The notes: generated by a model not told the origin, from the letters alone. A stretch of 64,000 nucleotides of DNA from an uncultured delta proteobacterium (GCA_963796055.1 CAWCKH010000004.1:224001-288000), one strand, 5' to 3'. Positions 9,253 to 20,189 are shown, counted from the stretch's first letter. Translations and numbers: made by a program.

Positions 9253-12200
9253 ATGGAATGGCGCCTCGTCGTCGCGCTGCTCACCGTCGGAGCAGCTGCC
9301 GGCTTCCCCACCGGAGCACGTGCCCAGACATGTCCGGCCAACGTCCCGCATCTCAACGGCCAGTGGGTGACCTTGCCGTACCAGATGCCGATCAATCCGA
9401 TCTCCGCGACGCTCCTGCACACGGGCCAGGTGCTGATCGTCTCCGGGTCGGAGAACGACGCGAGGAACAACTCGCAGGGATCCGAGAGCTACCGCAACGC
9501 GGTCTGGGATCCGACTGGAACGACCCAGAGCAGCATCGCCGTTCAAGACATCGAGTACGACGTCTTCTGCAGCGGCGTGGCTGTCCTGCCGGACGGGCGC
9601 GCCTTCGTCGTGGGAGGCACATCCGATTACTCGTTCACCGGCGAGAACCGTTCCTCCATCTTCGATCCGTTGACGAACAGCTTCCTTCAGTCTCAAAGCA
9701 TGGTGGACGGCCGCTGGTACGCCACCATCACGACCCTCGGGGACGGCCGGGTCATGGCCTGGTCCGGCATCAAGCTGACCGGCGGCACGAACAACACCGT
9801 CGAGATCTATGACCTGAAGAACGCCGGAGCCGGATGGAGCAGTCCGACGGCAGCCCCCGTCACTCCGCCGCTCTATCCCCGGATGTTTCTGCTTCCGGGC
9901 GGCAAGGTCTTCTACACCGGGCACGGCAGCGGTGGGTCGAACGCCAACGGCTATTTCTTCGACCCGGTGGCGAGGACCTGGACCATCTCGGCGCCCACGA
10001 CCAGGAACCGGTCCTATGGCACAGCTGTCTTGCTGCCGCTCCTGCCGCCCGCCTACACGCCGAAGATCATGGCCCTTGGTGGCGGCGACAATCCCGCCAC
10101 CAGCTCGACCGAGACCATTGACCTCTCCGTCACCCCTCCGGTCTGGACGCCGGGCCCAGACATGTCGACGGGGCGCATCCAGATGGACGCGGTCCTTCTG
10201 CCCGACGGGAGGGTGCTCGCCCTGGGCGGCTCCGTGAACAACGAAGCTCCCGACGGGCCAGGGAAGACGGCGGATCTCTTCAATCCGGCCACCGGCACCG
10301 TCAGCTTGGGGGGAGGGGGCACGGCTTCGTATTCACGGCTTTACCACTCGGCGGCGCTGCTCCTTCCGGATGCGAGAGTCATGAGCATCGGCAGCAACCC
10401 CGGGGGCCGCGGCAGCTATCAGCCCGCCATGGAGATCTACACCCCGCCTTACCTCTTCGACGCGAATGACCGGCTGGTCACGAACCGTCCCAACATCACC
10501 GGCGTCTCACCTTCCTCAGGAGCGATCGGCTACGGCGCTCCGTTCTCGGTGAGCTACACCTCCACTTCGCCAATCAGCTCCGCCGTGCTGGTACGCCCGG
10601 GCTCGGTGACCCATGCCTTCGACTTTGAGCAGCGGCTCATCGGCCTGTGCGGTCCGTCGCCGCAGCCCGCGTGCTCTGGTTCGGGCACCCTCAACCTGAC
10701 CACGCCTCCGGACGGAAACATCGCGCCACCCGGCTACTACATGCTGTTCCTGCTCGACAGCAACGGAGTGCCGTCGAAGGCGCAGTTCATCCAGCTTTCT
10801 CTCTACGGGACTGCTCCGCCAGTCGGCGCGATCGCTACGCCCGCCTCCGACGTGACCATTGCGGCCGGTGGCTCGGTCTCCTTCAGCGCAGGCACCGTGG
10901 CATCCAAGTACTCGTGGGTCTTTCCTGGAGGGTCACCGGGGACGTCGACCGCGCAGAATCCGGGGAACGTCACCTTCAGCAGCCCGGGCGAATATACGAC
11001 TTCGCTGACCGTGATCGACGCGAGTGGAAATTCCGATCCGAGCCCACCGACTCGCACGATCACCGTGACGCCCCCAACCGCCGACTTCGAGATCGAGATG
11101 AGCCAGGATTCGAAGACGGTCAACCCCGGTCAATCGACGACGTTCACGGTCACGGTCACACCGGCCAGTGGGTTTGCCGGGACGGTGAGCCTGAGCGTCG
11201 GCAGCGAGTCGGGATTCCCGACCGGCATCACCAGTGGTGGCTTCAGTCCTGCCACGATCACCGGGTCCGGTTCGTCGACCCTGACCATGAACACGACGAC
11301 TGCGACGGTGCCCTATGCGCTTTCGCTCACGATCACCGGCACCAGCGGAACGCTCACCCACACCACCTCCACCACCCTCCTCATCACACTTGCGCCTCCG
11401 GCGAGCCTGGCGGCGACACCGGGCAATGGACAGGTCTCCCTCTCCTGGGCGGCGTCGGTCGGGGCGAGCAGTTATCACCTGAAGCGCGCCACGGTGAGCG
11501 GTGGGCCATATGGCTCGGTGGGGTGCACCACCTCGAACAATTTCACCGACACGGGCCTCACGAACGGAACAACGTATTTCTACGTCGTTTCTGCGGGTTA
11601 CACCGGAGGCCCCAACGCGGGTGGCGAGAGCGCCGACTCCAGTCAGGCGAGCGCCACGCCCCAGCCGGCGATACCTCCGGTCCCAACCGGGCTCACTGCG
11701 ACGCCGGGGAATACCCAGGTCTCGCTGAGCTGGAACGCGTCCTCCGGTGCCGCCAGCTACAACGTGAAGCGCGCCACCGTCTCCGGCGGTCCTTACAACA
11801 CCATCGCGAGCCCGACCTCGACGAGCTACACCAATACCGGGCTCACCAACGGGACGACCTATTTTTACGTGGTGTCTGCGGTCAACGCGGCGGGCCAGAG
11901 CGGCAACTCCTCGCAGGTGAGCGCCACGCCCCAGCCGGCGATACCTCCGATACCGACGGGACTCGCGGCCAGCGCCGGGGACGCCCAGGTCGGCTTGAGC
12001 TGGAACGCGTCGACGGGTGCGACCAGCTACAACCTGAAGCGCGCCACCGTCTCCGGCGGTCCTTACACGACCATCGCGAGCCCGACCTCGACGAGCTACA
12101 CCAATACCGGGCTCACCAACGGGACGACCTATTTTTACGTCGTTTCCGCGGTCAACTCGTCGGGCGAGAGCGGCAACTCCTCGCAAGTGAGCGCCACGCC

Positions 12201-12498
12201 GCAGTCGGCGACGACTCCACCGGCTGCGCCCACGAGGTTGGCGGTGAATGCGAGCAAGCGGGGGCGGATCAACCTGCGCTGGACGCAGTCCACCACACCT
12301 GGCGTCACCCAGAACGGCATCTACCGTCGAACCAGCACTGGGACCTACGGCGCGACGCCCACGGTGACCATCCCTGCCGGAACGTCCTATCAGGACAACG
12401 GGCTCATCAGCCGCACGAGCTACTGCTACGTCGTCACTGCATTCGGAAGTGGCGGCGAGAGCGCGCGATCCAACGAGTCCTGCGCCACCGCGAAGTAG
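9253..12498 (+). CDS. Galactose oxidase-like copper radical oxidase (AA5 type) with PKD and FN3 domains
   Basis: Signal peptide; FCSG, RWY, RLYHS and THAF motifs; PPGYYMLF C-terminal domain; four FN3 units; AGGAGG RBS. Confidence 0.88.
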   Translation: MEWRLVVALLTVGAAAGFPTGARAQTCPANVPHLNGQWVTLPYQMPINPISATLLHTGQVLIVSGSENDARNNSQGSESYRNAVWDPTGTTQSSIAVQDIEYDVFCSGVAVLPDGRAFVVGGTSDYSFTGENRSSIFDPLTNSFLQSQSMVDGRWYATITTLGDGRVMAWSGIKLTGGTNNTVEIYDLKNAGAGWSSPTAAPVTPPLYPRMFLLPGGKVFYTGHGSGGSNANGYFFDPVARTWTISAPTTRNRSYGTAVLLPLLPPAYTPKIMALGGGDNPATSSTETIDLSVTPPVWTPGPDMSTGRIQMDAVLLPDGRVLALGGSVNNEAPDGPGKTADLFNPATGTVSLGGGGTASYSRLYHSAALLLPDARVMSIGSNPGGRGSYQPAMEIYTPPYLFDANDRLVTNRPNITGVSPSSGAIGYGAPFSVSYTSTSPISSAVLVRPGSVTHAFDFEQRLIGLCGPSPQPACSGSGTLNLTTPPDGNIAPPGYYMLFLLDSNGVPSKAQFIQLSLYGTAPPVGAIATPASDVTIAAGGSVSFSAGTVASKYSWVFPGGSPGTSTAQNPGNVTFSSPGEYTTSLTVIDASGNSDPSPPTRTITVTPPTADFEIEMSQDSKTVNPGQSTTFTVTVTPASGFAGTVSLSVGSESGFPTGITSGGFSPATITGSGSSTLTMNTTTATVPYALSLTITGTSGTLTHTTSTTLLITLAPPASLAATPGNGQVSLSWAASVGASSYHLKRATVSGGPYGSVGCTTSNNFTDTGLTNGTTYFYVVSAGYTGGPNAGGESADSSQASATPQPAIPPVPTGLTATPGNTQVSLSWNASSGAASYNVKRATVSGGPYNTIASPTSTSYTNTGLTNGTTYFYVVSAVNAAGQSGNSSQVSATPQPAIPPIPTGLAASAGDAQVGLSWNASTGATSYNLKRATVSGGPYTTIASPTSTSYTNTGLTNGTTYFYVVSAVNSSGESGNSSQVSATPQSATTPPAAPTRLAVNASKRGRINLRWTQSTTPGVTQNGIYRRTSTGTYGATPTVTIPAGTSYQDNGLISRTSYCYVVTAFGSGGESARSNESCATAK
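11649..12200 (+). repeat. Intragenic tandem 270-bp FN3-coding repeat
   Basis: Long near-identical stretches at 11766 and 12036 (period 270). Confidence 0.85.
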
Positions 12499-12588
12499 AA
12501 GAAGCAGGAATGCCCATGGGCCAGCGGGCCCGGTCGTATTCTCGTCCACCGGGGACGGACGAGGCGTCCGTCGGGGCCGCGGGGCGAG

Positions 12589-12876
12589 ATGCTCTCCGAC
12601 TCGAAGGAACGATACGCCGAGGATTCCCGGGCGCATGCCCGGAGCTCTCTCTCGGTGATCTACGCCGCGGCGAAGGAGAACGGCGTCACCTGCGACTGCA
12701 TCACCGAGACGAGCTCTCATCCCTACGCGGTGATCGTGGAAACGGCTGAGAAGAAGGGCTGTGACCTCATCATGATGGCCTCGCACGGGCGGCGAGGGAT
12801 GCAGGCCTTGCTGATCGGGAGTGAGACCACCAAGGTGCTGACCCACACCAAGATCCCGGTGCTCGTCCTTCGCTGA
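12589..12876 (+). pseudogene. Universal stress protein, N-terminally truncated
   Basis: CDLIMMASHGRRG, LLIGSETTKVLTHTKIPVLV; first beta strand missing. Confidence 0.7.
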
Positions 12877-12878
12877 CC

Positions 12879-13080
12879 TCAGACCAAGGCGCGAATCGGA
12901 GCTGGGCCTGGCCGCCTACGAGGCTCCGAAGCCCCGATCGCGCGCGAAGACGATGGCAGGCCCTCGGTGAGCAAGGCCAGCACCTCGCGCTCCCTCTGGG
13001 TCAGGGCCTGGAAGACCGGACCCTCCGGGCCCATGGCCCGGCGCAGTCCGGTGAACTCGAGAACGGCGGCGCAGAACCGT
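12879..13080 (-). pseudogene. LuxR-type HTH regulator fragment
   Basis: FQALTQREREVLALLTEG, then breaks off. Confidence 0.55.
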
Positions 13081-13081
13081 C

Positions 13082-13828
13082 TTACCGCGGCGCGAAGGCG
13101 ATCGGCCACGGATGCCAGTCCGGAGCGATCGCGAAGTCACCCGCCGGGAGGCAGTGTCCGCCTTCGAAGGTGATCGGCTCGCCTCCGGTCGACGGGAATC
13201 CGTCGCACGATTCGGCGGAGAGTGTGTAGATGAGGTGGATCTCGTGCTCACCGACCGAGAGCGGGTGGAAGATCGGGACGTACGCGATCCACTGTCCGTC
13301 GTCGATCGCCGTCGTGCCGAGCCCACCGGAGCCCCAGAACTCTGCGATGGTCATGATGCGCTCGAGCTGCGCCGGATTGCGGAACTCGTACGTACGCTCC
13401 TGGTGCGTGCCGGGATCAACGACGACCCGGAACATCACGAACTTCGAGATGAAGTCCGCGGTCGGATCATCGGGGAAGCTGGTGACGTAGCCGGGGTGGT
13501 ACGTGAGTGGCAGGCCCGGCAACCCTCCGGCCGCATTCACACCCCAGCCGACGGGAAGGGTCCACCAGTTCCCGGCCGGCACCGGCGCGCCACCAAAGTA
13601 GGCCGGGAAGGCCCAAGCCGCAGTGACGCCCGTGGCGGCGCAGAGGTCGACGCCCCACGGCGCCGTGCAGAGTGCGGGTGCCTTCGGCCCGCCAGGATCT
13701 CCCTTGAGAGAATGAGAAGTACTCCCGACGGTATCGCGTTGTCCCGTCACGCCGTTCTCCGGGACTGTTCCGCCGCAGCCGAACACCATCGAAATCGCTA
13801 ATGCGACCACACCACGATGAATCATCAT
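13082..13828 (-). CDS. Hypothetical lipoprotein
   Basis: GGAGG RBS; signal peptide ending VFGC; coding-like composition. Confidence 0.6.
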   Translation of the reverse strand: MMIHRGVVALAISMVFGCGGTVPENGVTGQRDTVGSTSHSLKGDPGGPKAPALCTAPWGVDLCAATGVTAAWAFPAYFGGAPVPAGNWWTLPVGWGVNAAGGLPGLPLTYHPGYVTSFPDDPTADFISKFVMFRVVVDPGTHQERTYEFRNPAQLERIMTIAEFWGSGGLGTTAIDDGQWIAYVPIFHPLSVGEHEIHLIYTLSAESCDGFPSTGGEPITFEGGHCLPAGDFAIAPDWHPWPIAFAPR

Positions 13829-14066
13829 GACGGCCGCCTCCCTCGCGCCCAGGAGCACGACGGCCAGCGACGGAGGCGCGGACCGGGCTGGCTGCACTTC
13901 AGCCTGAACGACTCACGGCTGAGACAGCGCAGGTTTTGCGTGCCAGAGACGCACAACCGAATCACCATCGCGCTCTGCGCATACTTTGCTCTGCAGAACG
14001 CCTGTATCTGCAAACGCGGGACCTCAGAAGAAAACGGGTGGCTCTCCCGAACGCGCGCACGCGAGG

Positions 14067-14540
14067 CCCGGCAGTCGAACTCGTTGTAGCGCTCGATCTC
14101 CCAGCTCCACCTCCCGCATCTCCACCCCGCCCCGCCGTGCCTCCGCCGCGGCGCTCCACGCGCCCACCACGGCCCCGAGCCCGTCCGCCCAGGACGTCCC
14201 GTGCGTGCATCGCCTTCCCGATGGCCTTCAGCCCGAACCCGAGCGCGCCGCGGACGATGAGCGGCTCCTTCCGGACCACGAGGTTCAGGAAGTCGAAGAA
14301 GCCGCGGGTGTCCGGCCACCCTCGGTCGGGGTGCCGGGCCCTGGCCGAGTTGTACGCCGTGGCGTAGGCCGACTCCTCTGCTGGACTCCAGTGGAACACC
14401 CGCGGCGAGCCGACGAAGCCGAGGCACCGCTTCACCTCTTCCATGTGCCCGAGCCAGCGCTATTCCCTCGGCGCTCTCTCGGGTCTGCGCGTCGGCGGTG
14501 AAGCGCCGGAACACGAACCGGCCGTCCTCGAGATGACCGC
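14067..14540 (-). repeat. Partial copy of nuclease gene 3' region (pseudogene fragment)
   Basis: Matches ~32544-33047 with small deletions; encodes FVGSPRVFHWSPAEESAYATAYNSA. Confidence 0.92.
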
Positions 14541-15019
14541 GGCATTGAAGCATCCAATCGTGGCGCCCACGCCGTGCTTGGACGTAAGAAATCTTCAGTA
14601 TGGCGTTGACCCCACTCAATTCCCTGAACGGGTTCATCGCCGTCGCTCGCCGGCGCAGTTACGCCGCTGCCGCCAGGGAGCTCGGGGTGTCGACCTCCGC
14701 GCTGAGCCAGTCGGTCCGGCAGCTCGAGAGGCGGCGCGTGTGACCCCGCGACGGGGGTGCGACGGACGTCGAGCATTAGGATCGGCTGAAGGTTCGGATA
14801 AGGGCCCCTCGCTCCGTGACCATTCGCTTGACCCTTGCCTCTTGTAGGCACAGCCTTCACGGCGGCTCCGCGGCGAGAGGCCGTCCCGGCATACGCGAGG
14901 CACTCTTAGTCTTTCCCGGGCCCCTCTTGACGCCACCGCTGGCTGGCCTCAGCGCCTGGTTCGGACCACGCCGCTCGCCGACCCGCGCTCGGCCGGCCAG
15001 CCGCGCAGGGAGGAGAGCG

Positions 15020-16081
15020 ATGAGACACACGCGCGCAATCGTCACTCAGTACGGCGGACCCGATGCACTCCAGGTGGTCGAAGAGGAGTGCCCCGAGCCG
15101 AAGGATGGTGAGGTGCGGGTGAGAGTGCTGGCCGCAGGCGTCTCGTTGCCCGACGTCATGGCGCGCGAGGGCGTTCATCCCGAAACGCCCCCGGTGCCCT
15201 TCACGCCGGGCTGGGATCTGGTTGGCCTCGTGGATCGGCTCGGCCGCAGTGTCTCTGGAATCGAACCAGGGCAGATGGTGGCTGCGTTGCCGATCCACGG
15301 TGCATACGCGGAGTTCGTTTGCCTGCCGCAACAGGAACTCGTCCCGGTGCCGTCCGGGTTGGACGCCGCCGAGGCCGTCAGTCTCGTTCTGAACTACATC
15401 ACGGCGTACCAGATGCTGCATCGTTCCGTGAAGGTCGCCTCGGGCCAGCGCGCGCTGATCCACGGCGCGGCAGGCGGGGTCGGCACGGCGCTCTTGCAGC
15501 TGGGGCGCCTCGTCGGGCTGGAGCTGTACGGGACCTGTTCGTCGCGGAGTGCGCCAGCAGTTTCCGATCTTGCCGGTACCCCGATCGACTACCACCACCA
15601 GGATTACGTCAAAGAGATCCATCGCCTCACCGGCGACGGCGTGGACGTCGTGTTCGACCCCATCGGTGGCGCCCACCTCTGGCATTCCCGCCAGGCTCTC
15701 CGTCCCGGAGGGAGGGTGGTGGGCTATGGCCTTCGTTCATCGCTCCGTGGGGAGGGATTGGCGTCCGGTCGTCCAGGTCGTCGTCAACGCTTTCGTGGAA
15801 CCGCCATGTTCGCGTTGTACATCGCCGGCGGCTGGCTTCTCCCAGGCCACAAACGGGTGGTCCCGTACAGCATCCAGACGCTCAAACGGTTGAAGCCAGA
15901 TTTCTTTCGAGCGGACTTGATTGCCCTGTTTGACCTCCTTCGACAGAAGAAGATCAAGCCGCTCATCGCGCAGCGATTTCCTCTCGCGGAGGCAAGACAC
16001 GCGCAGGAGTTGCTCGCGAAGGGAGGCGTGACGGGCAAGATCGTGCTCGTCCTCAACGGGGCACCTGAGCCGAGCCGGTGA
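15020..16081 (+). CDS. Medium-chain dehydrogenase / NADPH:quinone oxidoreductase
   Basis: GGPDAL, PFTPGWD, LIHGAAGGVG, GKIVL; GGAGG RBS. Confidence 0.9.
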   Translation: MRHTRAIVTQYGGPDALQVVEEECPEPKDGEVRVRVLAAGVSLPDVMAREGVHPETPPVPFTPGWDLVGLVDRLGRSVSGIEPGQMVAALPIHGAYAEFVCLPQQELVPVPSGLDAAEAVSLVLNYITAYQMLHRSVKVASGQRALIHGAAGGVGTALLQLGRLVGLELYGTCSSRSAPAVSDLAGTPIDYHHQDYVKEIHRLTGDGVDVVFDPIGGAHLWHSRQALRPGGRVVGYGLRSSLRGEGLASGRPGRRQRFRGTAMFALYIAGGWLLPGHKRVVPYSIQTLKRLKPDFFRADLIALFDLLRQKKIKPLIAQRFPLAEARHAQELLAKGGVTGKIVLVLNGAPEPSR

Positions 16082-16128
16082 GGGCCTCACCGGCCCGGAG
16101 CCGCATCGATCTGGGCTAGCAGCGCAAC

Positions 16129-16273
16129 TTCAGCCCGAACCCGAGCGCGCCGCGGACGACGACCGGCTCCTTCCGGACCACGAGGTTCAGGAAGTGGAAG
16201 AGCCGCGGGTCCGGCCACGCACGGTCGGGGTGCCGAGCCTTGGCCGAGTTGTACGCCGTGGCGTAGACCGACT
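16129..16273 (-). repeat. Partial copy of nuclease gene 3' region
   Basis: Matches ~32732-32876. Confidence 0.9.
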
Positions 16274-16299
16274 TCGTCAACGGCCCGGCGGTGTGCCAG

Positions 16300-16870
16300 G
16301 CACGACTGCTGGACCCGCATGCCGCGAATGTCCCCGACGTAGACCGAGCCGTCCCGGGAGACGGCCAGGTCATGCACGAGCGCGAACTGCCCATCGTAGT
16401 TTCCCCAGCGGCCAATTCGTTCGAGGACTTCCCCCGTAGCGGTGGCCACCACCAATGCCGAGCGGTTCGGCGGGTTCACCGGCTGGTCTCCACCGTCTGC
16501 GACGAACCAACGGCCGTCGGGGCCCAGCGCCAGTCCGTATGGTCGTCCGAGCGCCTCTGACTTCCACTGGGCAAGAAACTGGCCGTCTGGGGTGAAGACC
16601 TGTACGCGCGCATTGCCCCGGTCGGCAACGTCTACTCGGCCGGTCGCGTCGACGGCGATGCTGTGCGGCGTGTCGAACTGTCCGGGGCCCTCCCGGGCGT
16701 GCCCCACTGTGAAGAGGAAACGCCCGTCGACAGCGAACTTCATGACCCGCGTGTTCCTGTATCCGTCGGCCACATAGAACGAGCCGTCGTTCAGCACCGC
16801 GACGTCTGTCGGGCGGTCGAAATGCGCAGTGTCTGCACCAGGGACACCTCGTTCCCCGAGGACGAGGAGG
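16300..16870 (-). pseudogene. NHL-repeat (peptidylglycine lyase-like) protein fragment inside chimeric ORF 16087-16992
   Basis: FDRPTDVAV, YVADGYRNTRV, GQFDTPHSIA, ADRGNARVQ. Confidence 0.75.
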
Positions 16871-16988
16871 CGCTTGCCACCTCCGGAAACGGTCGAGCGG
16901 CTCGGAAACTGCGAGGTCGAGGTCCTCCGTTTGCCGGAGGCGATCTCGCTGGCCAGGGCGAGGGTACGTTCCGCGGAGTCCTCGTCGC

Positions 16989-17435
16989 TCATCTCGCAAA
17001 CCGACCCCGCGCCTGAAAGCGACGGGACAGCCGGAGTGCGAGGAGGACGCGGTCCCGCGCGCTCATCGCGCGAAGCCGGGCCTGCTGCGAGGCTGCCGCA
17101 GCCTCGGCGCTGCGGCTCCGACGTGCTGGCATCGCGATCTGGCGACGGGCTCGATCGCGGCGGGCAGCGTGGGGAACCAGCTCGAGGTGGCAGTCCACGG
17201 CGGACGCCAGCTTCAGGACCGTCGTCATCGTCGGATTGCTGCCTGCCTCGGTGAGAAGCCGCCGAACGATCTCCGGCTTCGCGTCGATGCGCCGGGCCAG
17301 ATCCGCCTTGGTCAACCCGGACCGCTCCCTTGCCTGGTCGAGCGCCCGGATGAGCGTGTCGACCGCGTCGATCTCAGCCCGTGCCTGCCCATACTCGCCG
17401 GCAAAGCTTGCACCCGTCTTGGTCCGGGCAGCCAT
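16989..17435 (-). CDS. XRE-family HTH antitoxin-like protein, possibly chimeric
   Basis: RERSGLTKADLARRI...SNPTMTTVLKLASA; upstream imperfect palindrome GTAAC-N6-GTTAC at 17445-17460. Confidence 0.65.
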   Translation of the reverse strand: MAARTKTGASFAGEYGQARAEIDAVDTLIRALDQARERSGLTKADLARRIDAKPEIVRRLLTEAGSNPTMTTVLKLASAVDCHLELVPHAARRDRARRQIAMPARRSRSAEAAAASQQARLRAMSARDRVLLALRLSRRFQARGRFAR

Positions 17436-17493
17436 GCGAGGACCGTAACCCATATGTTACGCCAGGGCAAGTGGTGTCCATCTCACGTCTATC

Positions 17494-17736
17494 GCGCTGA
17501 GCTCGACGCGAGGGAGCCGTCCGTAGGACTGTCGCACGCGGCGCTTGTCGACGGATCGGACCTGGTCGCTGAGAGCGAACGAGCGCTGACGGAGCCCGCT
17601 CCGGCCTGGCGACAGCGCCGGATACAGTCCCGCCGATTCCCGCGCTGCGAGTCGCCGGGACCAGCGCGATCAGCGGAAAGCGTTGGCCCGCGTTGACCGT
17701 GGGGTCACTGACGACGACGCACGGTCGAAACCCGCG
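17494..17736 (-). pseudogene. Internal copy of the PemK/MazF toxin gene at 26447-26803
   Basis: Near-identical to 26505-26746. Confidence 0.88.
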
Positions 17737-17800
17737 ACCCGGACACGTGCCCGGCCAGCGCTCGATCAGCTCCGCGTTGCCGACGAGCTGGTCGAGCAGG

Positions 17801-18052
17801 TCACCCGTTCTTCGTTGCCGCGATGGTCAGCCAGGTGACGATCTCCGGAGCCGGCGCTACTCGCCCGGAGCACTTCACCTGGCCGTCGATGACGAGCACC
17901 GGCGTCGCCATCACGCCATACTTCATGATCTCGTCGATCTTCTCCACCTTTTCGAGGCTGGCAGGGAGCCCCGACTGCGCGACGGCCTTCTCGACCTCGG
18001 CATAGAGCTTCTTGCACCTCACACAGCCGGGTCCGAGCACCTTCACGTCCAT
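17801..18052 (-). CDS. Small redox-active disulfide (thioredoxin-like) protein
   Basis: KVLGPGCVRC, YGVMATPVLVIDG. Confidence 0.88.
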   Translation of the reverse strand: MDVKVLGPGCVRCKKLYAEVEKAVAQSGLPASLEKVEKIDEIMKYGVMATPVLVIDGQVKCSGRVAPAPEIVTWLTIAATKNG

Positions 18053-18062
18053 GGCGAGCTCC

Positions 18063-19130
18063 TCACAGAACGAGGTTGAAGAGATACCCGACCACCAGGA
18101 TTCCGGCGGCGACGACCCCGGCGAAGGTCACGATGAGGGGAAGCCTGAGTACCTTGCGCAGGATGATCATCTCTGGCAGCGACAGCCCGATGACCGACAT
18201 CATGAAGGCGAGGACGGTGCCCAGGGCGGCGCCCTTCCCGAGCAGGGCCTGCACCACGGGGATGATGCCCGCCGCGTTCGAGTACATCGGCACGCCGATC
18301 ACCACGGCGAGCGGCACCGACCACCAGGAGCCCTTGCCCATGATGGAGGCCATGAAGTCCTCTGGCACGTAGCCGTGGATGCCGGCGCCGACGGCGATTC
18401 CACCGACGACATAGGGCCAGACCTTGCCGACGATGTCCCTGACCGCTTCTCGCCCCGCTCGCACGCGGTCGGTCCCGGTCATTGGCGCTTCACCCACGGC
18501 ACCAGCTGTCCCCACGGGCGTCTGGTAGACCCAGCCCTCCACCCAGCGCTCGAGCTTCAATCGGCCGATGATCCAGCCCGAGACCATCGCAATGACCAGG
18601 CCCGTGCCGAGGTACAGCGCAGCGACCTTCCAGCCAAAGAGGCCGAACAGCAGCACGAGCGCGACCTCGTTGACCATCGGCGCCGAGATCAGGAACGAGA
18701 ACGTCACCCCCAGTGGGACCCCGGTGGTCACGAAGCCAATGAAGAGCGGCACTGCCGAGCAGGAGCAGAACGGTGTGACGACGCCAAGGAATGACGCGAG
18801 CACGTTCCCGGCCGTCTCGCGCTTCCCCGCGAGGATGCGGCGCGTACGTTCGGGCGTGAAGAACGAGCGGATGATGCCGACGCCGAAGACCACGAGGGTC
18901 AGCAGCATCAGCACCTTCGGCACCTCGAAGACGAAGAACTCGACGGCTGTCGCCAGGTGGCTGCCGGACGCCATCGAGAACAGGGTGTAGGTCGTCCATC
19001 TGGCGAAGGGTTCGAGGTGCGTGAAGACGGCCCACCAGGCAGCCACCACGACCAGCGCAAGAAAGCCTCGAGACCGGCGACCGACGGTCGGTCCGGCACC
19101 CTCGCCCGGGCCTCCGTTCGCGACGGTCAT
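18063..19130 (-). CDS. Permease, DUF318/ArsP family
   Basis: TPFCSCSAVP, GVPMYSNAAG, LSLPEM motifs; paired with thioredoxin-like gene. Confidence 0.88.
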   Translation of the reverse strand: MTVANGGPGEGAGPTVGRRSRGFLALVVVAAWWAVFTHLEPFARWTTYTLFSMASGSHLATAVEFFVFEVPKVLMLLTLVVFGVGIIRSFFTPERTRRILAGKRETAGNVLASFLGVVTPFCSCSAVPLFIGFVTTGVPLGVTFSFLISAPMVNEVALVLLFGLFGWKVAALYLGTGLVIAMVSGWIIGRLKLERWVEGWVYQTPVGTAGAVGEAPMTGTDRVRAGREAVRDIVGKVWPYVVGGIAVGAGIHGYVPEDFMASIMGKGSWWSVPLAVVIGVPMYSNAAGIIPVVQALLGKGAALGTVLAFMMSVIGLSLPEMIILRKVLRLPLIVTFAGVVAAGILVVGYLFNLVL

Positions 19131-19327
19131 GCGGTTCAGCGCCTCCACAGGCGTGCCGAGGTAGCAAGCACCATGCCCTCGAATGGCGGAGGCGCGCCGG
19201 TCTCGGGTCCGAGTGAGGTTCCGGTGGCTTTCCGCTGCGCAGGAAGCCGCCGTCGAATTCGTGCGCAAACCTTGCGTCGTCGGGGCGGGCCGACACTCAT
19301 GTGCGGGCTCGGTGGGGATGGCCTGGG

Positions 19328-19876
19328 TCATCGACCGCGTCCTGCGCTTCGGCGTGTGAGAGCGCCGTGCACGGCCATCCTCCCCCCGGTCGCCTGCCGC
19401 GCCCGCTTCCTTGGCGCGGACCGCTCCTCCGGCCTGGACTGGGCCCGGAGGTACTCCAGGCTCCCGGGAACATCCCGGACGAGACGAAGGAGCACATCCA
19501 TCGCTCCGGTCTGGACGTTCCTCCGAGACTCCCAGCGGGAGACGGTGTTCGCTCCGAGCCGCAGGAGCTGGGCGAGTTCCGCCTGCTTCAGATCGAGCCG
19601 CTCGCGAAGGTTGCGGATGTCGTCGACCGACAGGAGACCGTACTTCTGTCGGTAGAGCTCCAGGGCATCGTGATGAACCTGCACCGCCTCGTCGAAACGC
19701 AGCATGATCTCGCCACACTTCGGGCACTTCAGAAACGTCGAAGAGACGCTCACCTCTTCGCCGTTGATCGGCAGGCTCCGCCTGCCACGCGCCTGCTTCA
19801 TCATCGTGCCGCAGGTCGGACAGGCGTCGTTCGGAAGAACACGTGGGCGAACTTTTTCACGATGCAGGCTACTCAT
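19328..19876 (-). CDS. MqsA-like antitoxin (Zn ribbon plus HTH)
   Basis: CPTC, CPKCGE, IRNLRERLDLKQAELA, TVSRWE. Confidence 0.85.
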   Translation of the reverse strand: MSSLHREKVRPRVLPNDACPTCGTMMKQARGRRSLPINGEEVSVSSTFLKCPKCGEIMLRFDEAVQVHHDALELYRQKYGLLSVDDIRNLRERLDLKQAELAQLLRLGANTVSRWESRRNVQTGAMDVLLRLVRDVPGSLEYLRAQSRPEERSAPRKRARQATGGRMAVHGALTRRSAGRGR

Positions 19877-20189
19877 CGGTCGCTCCTTCATCCTCGTGAA
19901 ACGAGATCACCACGCAAGCATCTCGGAGCACGACCTTGACGTAGAGCCGCTCGCCTCCGACGTCGGGCGTGAAGACATACAGCCACTCGGCCGCCGCTCC
20001 CGAGATTCTCCGGCCGGCCGAATCCCGGGGCGTGAGCGTGGCGAGAATGTCCGCCACATCGGGCGGCGTGAGGCGAAGCGACTCCATTTCTCGCAGGGCC
20101 TTGTCCGTGAACTGGAACGCTCCCGCGCTCGCGAGAACGTGGATGCGCGCGATGGCCTTCTGCAGCCAGCGCGGCACGGTCAGACCCAC
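19869..20189 (-). CDS. MqsR-like toxin
   Basis: FTDKAL, WLYVF, LYVKV, VISFHE; overlaps antitoxin start. Confidence 0.75.
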   Translation of the reverse strand: MGLTVPRWLQKAIARIHVLASAGAFQFTDKALREMESLRLTPPDVADILATLTPRDSAGRRISGAAAEWLYVFTPDVGGERLYVKVVLRDACVVISFHEDEGATDE

